Part shown: positions 6,866 through 14,769 of the stretch, one piece after another
Layout of the letters: each line of letters begins with the position of its first letter
Numbering within the stretch: position 1 is the first letter of the stretch
Source of the DNA: Clostridia bacterium
Lineage (GTDB): Bacteria; Bacillota; Clostridia; Oscillospirales; CAG-272
Length of the DNA stretch: 64,000 nt
NCBI GenBank assembly: GCA_017398595.1
Contig: JAFQFR010000013.1
Location: 152-64,151, forward strand
Direction of reading: 5' to 3'
The notes under the pieces: generated by a model
Databases searched by the model: none
What the model was told of the DNA's origin: nothing
The model's input: only the letters and a program-made list of their open reading frames with translations
Translations under genes and position numbers: made by a program

Positions 6866-8521
6866 GTGATCGATTTTGATAAGGCGTTTGCAAACGAGTG
6901 CGAGGAATATCTGCTGTATGTATCCGAGCTTGCGGCGCGCAAGTACGGTGACTGTCCCGACATAGACAGCCTGATCCAGGACAGCATCCTGGCACTGCTC
7001 ATGCGCAAAAGGCAGGGGATCGAGGTCGAGCATCCGAAAGGATTCCTTGCCGCGGTGCTGCAAAACAAGTATAATGCGTGGCTGCGGGCGAAATATAAGA
7101 ACAAGATCCTGCAGTTTGAAAGTGCAGAATCCTTGCAGGAAGACGAGCTTTTATGGCGGGAAGAAGCCGAAAGCCGCGACGCGGAATACGCTGCGGTGCG
7201 CCGCGAGCTCGGGCGGCTGATCCGCATCTACCGCGAGGTGGCGGTGCGGTATTATGTGCACGGGCATTCGGTGGAGAGGATCGCAAAAGAGCTGCATATT
7301 TCCGCGGGTACGGTGAAATCCAGACTTTCGAGCGCGCGAAATCAGATCAGGGAGGGACTGGAGATGGAAAAATATGCACAGGTGAGTTATGAGCCGAAGA
7401 AGATGACGATCGGCATCTGGGGCGGCAGCGGACTGAGCAATGAGCCGTTTTCTTTGGTGCACTCGGATGTGGAGACGAATATTTTGATCTTAGCGTATGA
7501 CAATCCCACGTCGGTACGCGGCGTTGCCGATGCCATGGGTATGCCCGCGGCGTATATTGAGCCCTTAATCGACAGACTTGTCGAGGGCGAGCTGATGGGG
7601 CGCACCGACGGCGGTCTGGTCTACACCCGATGCTTTATCCAGCGGCAGAGCGAGTCGTTCGGCGACATCGGCGCGCAGGAGGCGCTGGCAGATCGCTATG
7701 CGGAGGCTGTGTGGCAGATCGTCTGGAAACATCTCGAGCCGCTCACGGTGCGCGAGGAGTTTGCCGCGATGTCCGAAAAGCAGAAAGCAACGATGGTTCT
7801 GTTTGTGATGCATCAAGCACTCGCCGATGTTGTACATCGGTGCAAACCGGTGGATCCGAGCGAGCCGAAGAAGCCGCCCGAGCGCCCGAACGCCGGCAGA
7901 TGGCTTGCGACCGGCACGATTTTAGATGTTGACCCGACCCAGCGCTGTAAATATGCAAGTTCGGGACCTGTACAGGTCGGCTATGCGGCGAAAAATGACG
8001 GTAAGTACGATTGCCGCATGTTCGACTGCCAGTCTTTGTTCGGCGAGGCGCACTGGGCATACGGCGAGTTCAAATATAAATGCTCACTGCAGAGCATCCT
8101 GCGATTTTACGCGTCGTTTTTGCCGTGTGATGTGGAGACCGACAACAAGCTGTTGTATGAGCTGATTCCCGAGTTTGAAAAGCTCGGCATCCTGAAGCGC
8201 GGCGGCGACGGCGAAGTTTCGCTCGACATTCCTGCGCTGACATTTGACGAGGCGGCGCAGTACTGGGATCCCGCAAGTGCGAAGATCCGCGAGGAGCTGT
8301 ATGCACTTTTGCACGCGGATCTGGAAAAAGCATGGAACAGCCGAAAGAACCGCGTGCCAAAGCATGTGGACGAAAGCAAACATTTCTTGCATACGGGTGC
8401 CATGGGCGCATATACCAAGGCGCAGATGCTCGCGATCGTGCAGAAAAATTTGATACCGTACCCCGTGACCGTCGGCAAAACGCCGATCATCTACGTTGCG
8501 TATCGAAAGAGCGAAAAATAA
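6866..8521 (+). CDS. Sigma-70 family (ECF-like) sigma factor with a long C-terminal extension
   Basis: 551 aa with a GTG start after AAAGGAGG. Region 2-like DSLIQDSILALL...FLAAVLQNKYNAWLR. Region 4 HTH VERIAKELHISAGTVKSRLSSARNQI ends near residue 165. About 385 further residues have no motif I recognise. Confidence 0.75.
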   Translation: MIDFDKAFANECEEYLLYVSELAARKYGDCPDIDSLIQDSILALLMRKRQGIEVEHPKGFLAAVLQNKYNAWLRAKYKNKILQFESAESLQEDELLWREEAESRDAEYAAVRRELGRLIRIYREVAVRYYVHGHSVERIAKELHISAGTVKSRLSSARNQIREGLEMEKYAQVSYEPKKMTIGIWGGSGLSNEPFSLVHSDVETNILILAYDNPTSVRGVADAMGMPAAYIEPLIDRLVEGELMGRTDGGLVYTRCFIQRQSESFGDIGAQEALADRYAEAVWQIVWKHLEPLTVREEFAAMSEKQKATMVLFVMHQALADVVHRCKPVDPSEPKKPPERPNAGRWLATGTILDVDPTQRCKYASSGPVQVGYAAKNDGKYDCRMFDCQSLFGEAHWAYGEFKYKCSLQSILRFYASFLPCDVETDNKLLYELIPEFEKLGILKRGGDGEVSLDIPALTFDEAAQYWDPASAKIREELYALLHADLEKAWNSRKNRVPKHVDESKHFLHTGAMGAYTKAQMLAIVQKNLIPYPVTVGKTPIIYVAYRKSEK

Positions 8522-8547
8522 AAAAAGCCGCGAAAGCGGCTTTTTCG
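8519..8547. terminator. Bidirectional terminator between convergent genes
   Basis: AAAAAAAGCCGC-GAAA-GCGGCTTTTT. The A-run and T-run flank a GC stem with a GAAA loop. Confidence 0.8.
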
Positions 8548-8555
8548 TTTGCTGT

Positions 8556-9278
8556 TTACGATTCGGTGTTGTACGTTTCCACGCAGAAGCCCTTGTGCCC
8601 ACAATGGGTGCAGGTGAGTCTGCGGGTGGTGGGGGTGTGGCGGGCAAAGAACGCTTCCTTGAAGCTCGGCTTGAAGATAGTATGGCACTTCGGGCAGATG
8701 TAGACAACCTTTTTGAAATAGTATATGCTGATCCATATACTGAGCGCGACGGCAATGCACATGCCGATCGCAAAGGGCCACCAGACCCCTTTCGTGATGC
8801 CGAGGATCAGCGTGCCGATCTCGATCGCTTCCGCGACAAGCCCTACCGTGAGCATGGTCCAGCGTACTTTTTTGAGTTGTTTCTTGGTTTCCATAAGGTG
8901 TACTATGTCGGTGATGGATTCGACCGAGAGCGTGTCTATTTTTTTGAGCCCTTTTTCAAGCTCCAGCAGCTTATCAAGCTGTACTTGCCGCTCGTTGATC
9001 TCCTCAGTGAGCGTTTGCTTCTGCTGGTCGATCAAGAGGGAAATGACGCTTGCGGGATCTTCCTCTTGAAAGAGTTCGCCGATGCTGCCGAGCGGCACGC
9101 CGAGATCGCGCAGAAAGCAAATGACTCGCATCTTGCCGAGATCGTCCTCGGAGTACAGGCGTCTGCCGCCCTCGCTCAGCTCGCTCGGGATCAGAATGCC
9201 GCGGGTATCGTAATATTGCACGGTGCGCACGGATACGCCGCAGAGCTTTGCCATTTCTCCGGTCGTGTATTTGGACAT
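8556..9278 (-). CDS. MerR family regulator fused to two TM helices and a C-terminal CxxC...CxxC zinc ribbon
   Basis: N-terminal MerR HTH YTTGEMAKLCGVSVRTVQYYDTRGIL, then a coiled-coil. A hydrophobic stretch follows (TMLTVGLVAEAIEIGTLILGI...FAIGMCIAVALSIWISIYYF), then CPKCHT...CTHCGH. Confidence 0.85.
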   Translation of the reverse strand: MSKYTTGEMAKLCGVSVRTVQYYDTRGILIPSELSEGGRRLYSEDDLGKMRVICFLRDLGVPLGSIGELFQEEDPASVISLLIDQQKQTLTEEINERQVQLDKLLELEKGLKKIDTLSVESITDIVHLMETKKQLKKVRWTMLTVGLVAEAIEIGTLILGITKGVWWPFAIGMCIAVALSIWISIYYFKKVVYICPKCHTIFKPSFKEAFFARHTPTTRRLTCTHCGHKGFCVETYNTES

Positions 9279-9302
9279 AGCTTTCGCCTCCTTTCACGAG
9301 GT

Positions 9303-9333
9303 ATTGTAGCGTATGACGCAGCGTCACAAGCAA
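9303..9333 (-). promoter_or_regulatory. MerR-type promoter with 19-bp spacer and internal dyad
   Basis: The minus strand reads TTGCTT-gtgacgctgcgtcatacgc-TACAAT. The spacer is 19 nt and contains the dyad TGACGC-n-GCGTCA. A GGAGG RBS follows. Confidence 0.55.
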
Positions 9334-9382
9334 TACCTTACGCAGGGGGATTTTTCTCAGAATCACGCAAAAACGCAAGGTT

Positions 9383-10279
9383 TTATGCCTTTTTCTTGCC
9401 GAAGATCTTCGCCTGCGAGAGCAGGATGCCGACGAAGATGAGGGCACAGCCGATGTAGCCGCGCACACCGAGAAATTCATCGCGCAGCAGCCAGCCGCCG
9501 ATGGCGGCGAACACCGATTCGGTGCAGAGGATGATGGATGCGAGCGCGGGTTCGGTGCCGCGCTGACCGATGACCTGGCAGGTGTAGGCAACGCCGACCG
9601 AGAAGATACCGCAGTAGAGCAGGGGAACTGCCGCGCCCGTGAGCACCGCCCATGTGACGGTGATACCGCTCTCAAAGATGGGGGCGCAGAGCAGGTTCAG
9701 CGCGCCGCAGACGACAAACTGCACCAGCGAGAACTTCAGCGAGGGACAATCGCCCGCAAAGGTGTCGATAAAGACGATATGCGCCGTCCAGAAGAACGCG
9801 CCGATCAGTACGACGAGGTCGCCGAACTCGACCGACTGCGCACCGTCTGCAAAGCTGACGAAATACAGTCCCACAATGGCGACTGCCGCACCGATCCACG
9901 CCTCTGCGCGGATGCGCTTGTGCATGAAGATGCCGCAGAAGGGAACAAAGACCATGTACAGTCCCGTGATAAAGCCTGCCTTTGCCGAGCTGCCCGTCAG
10001 CGAGATGCCGTATTGCTGCAGTGCGGACGCGGAAAAAAGGATGGCGCCGCAGACGGAACCCTTGATGAGGAGATTTTTCCACTGCTTGCCGCTCAGCTTG
10101 CCTCGCTCAAAGAGCAGAACCACGGGGATCAGCGAAAGTGCGCCGATCATAAAACGGATACCGTTGAACCAAAAGGTGCCGAGCGTTTCGCCGCCGTCTG
10201 CCTGAAAGGCAAAGGCAAAGCCCCAGATGATCGCGGTGATAAACAAAATGATGATGGAGAAAATGCTGTTCTTTTTCAT
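9383..10279 (-). CDS. DMT superfamily (EamA-like) transporter
   Basis: 298 aa with about 10 hydrophobic segments and the two-EamA-repeat architecture. Confidence 0.85.
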   Translation of the reverse strand: MKKNSIFSIIILFITAIIWGFAFAFQADGGETLGTFWFNGIRFMIGALSLIPVVLLFERGKLSGKQWKNLLIKGSVCGAILFSASALQQYGISLTGSSAKAGFITGLYMVFVPFCGIFMHKRIRAEAWIGAAVAIVGLYFVSFADGAQSVEFGDLVVLIGAFFWTAHIVFIDTFAGDCPSLKFSLVQFVVCGALNLLCAPIFESGITVTWAVLTGAAVPLLYCGIFSVGVAYTCQVIGQRGTEPALASIILCTESVFAAIGGWLLRDEFLGVRGYIGCALIFVGILLSQAKIFGKKKA

Positions 10280-10314
10280 AGAATTGCCTCGATGGGAAGA
10301 TTTATTCTATTATT

Positions 10315-11184
10315 TTAGCGTTTTCCCGTATTTTTGTCAACTGAAATTCGTGGTTTTATAGCAGCATTCTTTTCATCCATATTCTCGGTAATAAAATTTT
10401 TCAGAAAATCCGTTGCAAAGGTATAAGAAATACCTTCTGTGCTTTTCCAGTATTCCAGCTCTGTGGAGATGTGATCCAACATATAGAAAAGCAGCGTGGC
10501 TAATTCATCATAGCTTTGCGGATAGAAAAACATTTTGTCAATGCGCATTTGTTCTTCTATCGGTAATAGATACATTTGCTTATACCGTTTGGAGTCAACT
10601 TCGTTTCTTTTTGCAATCAAATCAATGACTGCGGTTCGGATCTCATTTAATTCATAATAGCATCTGTATTTGTCATTCCGTTTGTATGCAATAATCGAGT
10701 GCATGAAGTTATACCATAACTTTTCGTCTATTATTCGGATAACTTTGTGCATATCAACAACATCTGTTGTGCCTTTGTTTTTCAGTTGCAGGTCATGCCA
10801 AGAGTTCACCATCTGTTTTTCTGCTTTGCCGGTTTTGTCATAAATAACTTTAAAATTTTCTCTTTTGGCATACAGGGCATCTAAAGTACAGTAGCCAATA
10901 TCTATTTCTAAGTAGTTATCTAACAAGAATACTTGCAGCTTTCTTCTTGGGATGGCTTCGTATGCGGCAATCTGACATATTTGCTGCATGTCTTGATATG
11001 TTTTTGTGAAAATGGTTTCTATATCACTGTCGTTTGTAACGATGGATAAGTCCAAATCCGAATACTTGTCTTTAAAGCCGATGGCGCCCGATCCCACCAA
11101 AATGACAGACAATATGTCTTCTCTGCTTTGCAAAGACATTACAAGTTGGTTTAATATTTTCTCTCTGTCTTTCGTATCGTACAT
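10315..11184 (-). CDS. Nucleotidyltransferase-domain protein with an Lnu/ANT-like antibiotic nucleotidyltransferase fold
   Basis: 289 aa. The pol-beta-type NTase motif LVGSGAIGFKDKYSDLDLSIV (GS...DxD) resembles the YGS...YSDIEF motif of lincosamide/aminoglycoside nucleotidyltransferases as I recall it. A helical C-terminal domain follows. Clearly AT-rich by eye. Confidence 0.55.
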   Translation of the reverse strand: MYDTKDREKILNQLVMSLQSREDILSVILVGSGAIGFKDKYSDLDLSIVTNDSDIETIFTKTYQDMQQICQIAAYEAIPRRKLQVFLLDNYLEIDIGYCTLDALYAKRENFKVIYDKTGKAEKQMVNSWHDLQLKNKGTTDVVDMHKVIRIIDEKLWYNFMHSIIAYKRNDKYRCYYELNEIRTAVIDLIAKRNEVDSKRYKQMYLLPIEEQMRIDKMFFYPQSYDELATLLFYMLDHISTELEYWKSTEGISYTFATDFLKNFITENMDEKNAAIKPRISVDKNTGKR

Positions 11185-11204
11185 TATATGAACCTCTTGA
11201 AACT

Positions 11205-12320
11205 TTACATTTGATTGTGTATTTCTTGCAGAATCGAACTGCCCTGCAAATTCGGTAACTGTGACAAACGATCAAAGCAGTCGGTAACATAGGTGTTGAT
11301 TGTTTCCGGGGACACATACTGATTTTCAATATAATCGGTTTCCGGAAACATCAAGCAATGTTTATTTTCCGAATCGTTCAAAAACGTCAAATATACCGTT
11401 CTTGTTTCCAGTAGCTGCTGCATGCAGGAGAGTGCTTTGTCCGTCATATCGAGGTCTGCATATTGCTTTACCATTCCATAGAGCAGTAAAGTTTTTTGAT
11501 AGATCATGCGATACGGCAAATAGTCACCTCCGGACAAAAATGCGTTGAGAATATGCAGCATATATTCATTTAGCGCCAACTGCTTTTCAACGCCTGTTTC
11601 TCCCTCTGCTGCTATGCTGATATTGCGGCACAGACGAATGCACCTTGCGATAAATCGCGCTTTTTCCGCAAAGCTTTCCTTGCATTTTTGCAGTGCCAAT
11701 TCCATATCCCCGTCTGCATATGCAAATTCTGCTTCCCAATAGGTACGATCGCCGAATGTGTGCGGCAGCTTTTCCTTGATTTGCTCGGCTCGTTCCTTTT
11801 CTCCGAGAAAGGTATAGCATCGTGAAGCAATATAATAACTTTTGAAAACCGCATCGGGATTTGTTTCATAGCGAGAGATACAGTTTTCATATCGCTTGCA
11901 TTCTTTTAAAAGTGTCTGTTTGTCGGCGTTTGTCCGCTTCGCGATTATCAGCACCGACAGGCTCTCAAGGCACCAAAAAGCGATCTCGGGATTGGTTGGA
12001 TGCTGGGCAAAAAGAGGGATCGATAAGTCATATATACGCTGTGCTTCGTCCGCGGAGAAAGAAACGGTATGATGTCCGATTTTTTCGCGGATAGAAGTGA
12101 TTTCTTCTTCTGTTTCATCCGACGTTAGCCCCAAAAGCTTGTCCGTAGAGATATTGAGTACCTTTGCAAGTGGTACGATCATAGAAATATCCGGCATGCC
12201 CCAATCCGTTTCCCATTTGGAAACCGCCTGCGTAGAGACATTGATCATTTCTGCGAGTTCACTTTGCGTGAGCCCCAGTTCTTTTCTGTAAAATCGAATG
12301 GTTTGACCTACTGACATCAT
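11205..12320 (-). CDS. XRE-family HTH regulator with a TPR-like helical C-terminal domain
   Basis: 371 aa. N-terminal Cro/C1 HTH IRFYRKELGLTQSELAEMINVSTQAVSKWE, followed by a long alpha-helical repeat-like region. AT-rich. Confidence 0.75.
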   Translation of the reverse strand: MMSVGQTIRFYRKELGLTQSELAEMINVSTQAVSKWETDWGMPDISMIVPLAKVLNISTDKLLGLTSDETEEEITSIREKIGHHTVSFSADEAQRIYDLSIPLFAQHPTNPEIAFWCLESLSVLIIAKRTNADKQTLLKECKRYENCISRYETNPDAVFKSYYIASRCYTFLGEKERAEQIKEKLPHTFGDRTYWEAEFAYADGDMELALQKCKESFAEKARFIARCIRLCRNISIAAEGETGVEKQLALNEYMLHILNAFLSGGDYLPYRMIYQKTLLLYGMVKQYADLDMTDKALSCMQQLLETRTVYLTFLNDSENKHCLMFPETDYIENQYVSPETINTYVTDCFDRLSQLPNLQGSSILQEIHNQM

Positions 12321-12492
12321 TGCTGTATGTTCTCCTTTTATGTTTTCGGTACCGTAATTCTATTATACTACAGCGATTCTTTACTGTAAACAAACTTAAC
12401 CGAAAGGTGAATTCCACGCACCGTGGAATTTTGAAGTGAGGCATGCAGCGTATTTCATAAAAAAACTCGTCAGAAATGGATAGGTTTTTATA

Positions 12493-12529
12493 TTGACAAA
12501 TGCACAAAGAGATGCTAAAATTTTAACAT
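12493..12529 (+). promoter_or_regulatory. Promoter of the hydrogenase-sensor operon with an overlapping Rex-like operator
   Basis: TTGACA (12493-12498), 17-nt spacer, TAAAAT (12516-12521). TGCTAAAATTTTAACA (12513-12528) has one mismatch to the Clostridia Rex core TGTTAA-N4-TTAACA. Confidence 0.6.
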
Positions 12530-12571
12530 TAGATAATGCAATTTTACCAATACTTTAAAGGAGAAAATTAC

Positions 12572-12811
12572 ATGAAAATTACCGTTTGTATCGGCAGCTC
12601 CTGTCACCTCAAGGGATCACGCCAGGTCGTTACCGGTCTGCAGTACCTGATCGCGCAAAACAATCTCGCCGACCTTGTGGAGCTCGGCGGCACTTTTTGC
12701 ATGGGCAAATGCCAGGACGGCGTTTGCGTAACGGTGGATGAGAAGTTTTTCTCTGTATCTCCCGATACGGTAGAGGAATTCTTTAAAGAGCAGGTGCTTA
12801 CGAGGCTGTGA
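12572..12811 (+). CDS. Thioredoxin-like [2Fe-2S] ferredoxin-domain protein
   Basis: 79 aa from the ATG after AAAGGAG. Cys pattern CIGSSC...CMGKC (Cx4C...Cx3C), as in NuoE/HydC-type [2Fe-2S] modules. Confidence 0.7.
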   Translation: MKITVCIGSSCHLKGSRQVVTGLQYLIAQNNLADLVELGGTFCMGKCQDGVCVTVDEKFFSVSPDTVEEFFKEQVLTRL

Positions 12812-12812
12812 G

Positions 12813-13061
12813 ATGGTAATACAGATTTGTGTGGGCAGTTCCTGCCATCTGAAAGGCTCCCAGGAGATCGTGGAGCTGTTGCAAAAGGCGATCGAGGAGC
12901 ATCATCTTACCGAAGAGGTCACGCTGGCAGGCAGCTTTTGTATCGGCACCTGCAACCGCGACGGTGTGACCGTGCAGGTGGACAACGAGGTCTGCGTCGG
13001 CATCAACCGCGAGAACTTCAACAGCTTCCTGCAGAGAAAAATTCTGTCAAAATTCGCATAA
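12813..13061 (+). CDS. Thioredoxin-like [2Fe-2S] ferredoxin-domain protein (tandem paralogue)
   Basis: 82 aa with the same Cys pattern, CVGSSC...CIGTC. Starts 1 nt after the previous stop. Confidence 0.7.
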   Translation: MVIQICVGSSCHLKGSQEIVELLQKAIEEHHLTEEVTLAGSFCIGTCNRDGVTVQVDNEVCVGINRENFNSFLQRKILSKFA

Positions 13062-13092
13062 CCGAAACTGATTTACCAAAGGAGAGAGCAAA

Positions 13093-14769
13093 GTGTCCGA
13101 TTGCCTGACGCTGAAAAAATCCAACTGTAAAAACTGTTATAAATGTATCCGTCATTGCCCGGTGAAGTCCATCCGTTTTTCGGGAAACCAGGCGCATATC
13201 ATCGGCAATGAGTGTATCCTGTGCGGACAGTGCTTTGTCGTATGTCCGCAGAATGCAAAACAGATCGTAGACGAGACCGAAAAGGTGCGTGTCTTGCTGC
13301 AGGGCGGCGATCCCGTGATCGTCAGCCTGGCGCCCTCGTTTATCGCCAACTACAACGGCGTCGGCATCGGGGCAATGCGGAAAGCACTGCTCTCACTCGG
13401 CTTTTTTGACGTTGAGGAGACCGCGGTGGGCGCGACCATCGTCAAAAACGAGTATGAGCGCATCCTGCACGAGGAAAAGCCCGAGGTGCTGATCTCCTCC
13501 TGCTGCCATTCGGTCAATCTGTTGATCCAAAAATATTTCCCCACGGTGCTGCCGCATCTTGCCGACGTGCTGTCGCCCATGCAGGCACACTGCAAGGATA
13601 TTAAGCGCCGCAACCCGGGCGCGAAAACCGTATTCATCGGTCCCTGCGTTGCAAAAAAGGATGAAGCCGCGTATTACGAAGGCTATGTCGATGCGGTGCT
13701 GACCTATGAGGAGCTGACCGGATGGCTGAAGTCGGCGGGCGTGGAGCTCGTCCCCGAGAAGGACGAAACTGCCGAGAGCCGTGCACGCTTCTTCCCGACG
13801 ACGGGCGGCGTGCTCAAGACCATGAAACAGGACGAACCCGGCTATACATATCTTGCGATCGACGGTGTGGAGAACTGCATCGCCGCACTGCACGACATTG
13901 AAAGCGGCAATATCAAAAACTGCTTTATCGAGATGTCTGCCTGTGTCGGCGCCTGCGTCGGCGGTCCCGTTATGGAAAAATACCATCGTTCGCCCGTCAA
14001 GGACTACATGGCGGTCGCGGAATATGCAGGCGACCGTGACTTTGTCGTAGAGCAGCCGGGCATGCGCGAGCTGCGCAAGAATTTCACCCCCATCGAGCGC
14101 CGTTTGCAGACGCCGAGCGAGGACGAGATCCGCAGCGTTATGCGCCAGATGGGTAAGTTCAAGCCCTCGGATGAGCTCAACTGCGGCACCTGCGGATACC
14201 CCACCTGCCGCGATAAGGCGATCGCCATCTGCCACGGCAAGGCGGAGATCTCCATGTGCCTGCCGTTCCTCAAGGATAAGGCAGAGAACTTCTCGGACAC
14301 GATCGTGGAGAACACGCCGAACGGTCTGATCGTGCTCAACGAGAGCCTCGAGGTGCAGCAGATCAACTCGGCTGCACGCAAGATCATGAACATTCGTTCG
14401 GCATCCGACGTGCTCGGCGAGCAGGTCATCCGCATTATGGATCCCGCCGTTTTTGCCGAGGCCCTGCGCAACGGCAGAGGACCCGTCAACCAGCGTGCGT
14501 ATCTTGCCGAGTACAAGCGCTATGTCGAGCAGACCGTGGTCTACGACCGCGACTATCATCTGCTCATCTGCATCATGCGCGATGTGACCGATGAGGAAAG
14601 TGCGCGCGAGAGAAAAGAAGACATCAGCCGTCAGACGGTAGAGATCGCCGACCGCGTGGTCGATAAGCAAATGCGCATCGTGCAGGAGATCGCGTCGCTG
14701 CTGGGCGAGACGGCTGCCGAAACCAAGATCGCGCTGACCAAGCTAAAGGAGTCGATTTCTGATGAATGA
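13093..14769 (+). CDS. hydS: Sensory-type [FeFe]-hydrogenase homologue with C-terminal PAS domain (HydS / group C-like)
   Basis: 558 aa, GTG start after AAAGGAGAGAG. Has an N-terminal 2x[4Fe-4S] motif (CIRHCP, CILCGQCFVVCP). H-cluster-like motifs are SSCCHS, GPCVAKKDE and EMSACVGACVGG, with Ser where catalytic enzymes have Met before the Cys. An extra CGTCGYPTCRDK cluster and then a PAS-like region follow. Confidence 0.8.
   Translation: MSDCLTLKKSNCKNCYKCIRHCPVKSIRFSGNQAHIIGNECILCGQCFVVCPQNAKQIVDETEKVRVLLQGGDPVIVSLAPSFIANYNGVGIGAMRKALLSLGFFDVEETAVGATIVKNEYERILHEEKPEVLISSCCHSVNLLIQKYFPTVLPHLADVLSPMQAHCKDIKRRNPGAKTVFIGPCVAKKDEAAYYEGYVDAVLTYEELTGWLKSAGVELVPEKDETAESRARFFPTTGGVLKTMKQDEPGYTYLAIDGVENCIAALHDIESGNIKNCFIEMSACVGACVGGPVMEKYHRSPVKDYMAVAEYAGDRDFVVEQPGMRELRKNFTPIERRLQTPSEDEIRSVMRQMGKFKPSDELNCGTCGYPTCRDKAIAICHGKAEISMCLPFLKDKAENFSDTIVENTPNGLIVLNESLEVQQINSAARKIMNIRSASDVLGEQVIRIMDPAVFAEALRNGRGPVNQRAYLAEYKRYVEQTVVYDRDYHLLICIMRDVTDEESARERKEDISRQTVEIADRVVDKQMRIVQEIASLLGETAAETKIALTKLKESISDE

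Noticed and set aside
8496-9458. 320-aa plus-strand ORF across the MerR gene and its promoter.
   Set aside because: It is antisense to a clear MerR HTH protein, crosses an intergenic promoter and a terminator, and shows no recognisable motif.
10304-10313. Reading the ATTCTATTAT direct repeats as a definite att site or target-site duplication of a mobile island.
   Set aside because: I keep this only as a cautious note in the islet finding. A 10-mer in AT-rich DNA can recur by chance. The right copy is part of a functional-looking -10 region, and no integrase, transposase or tRNA target is present.
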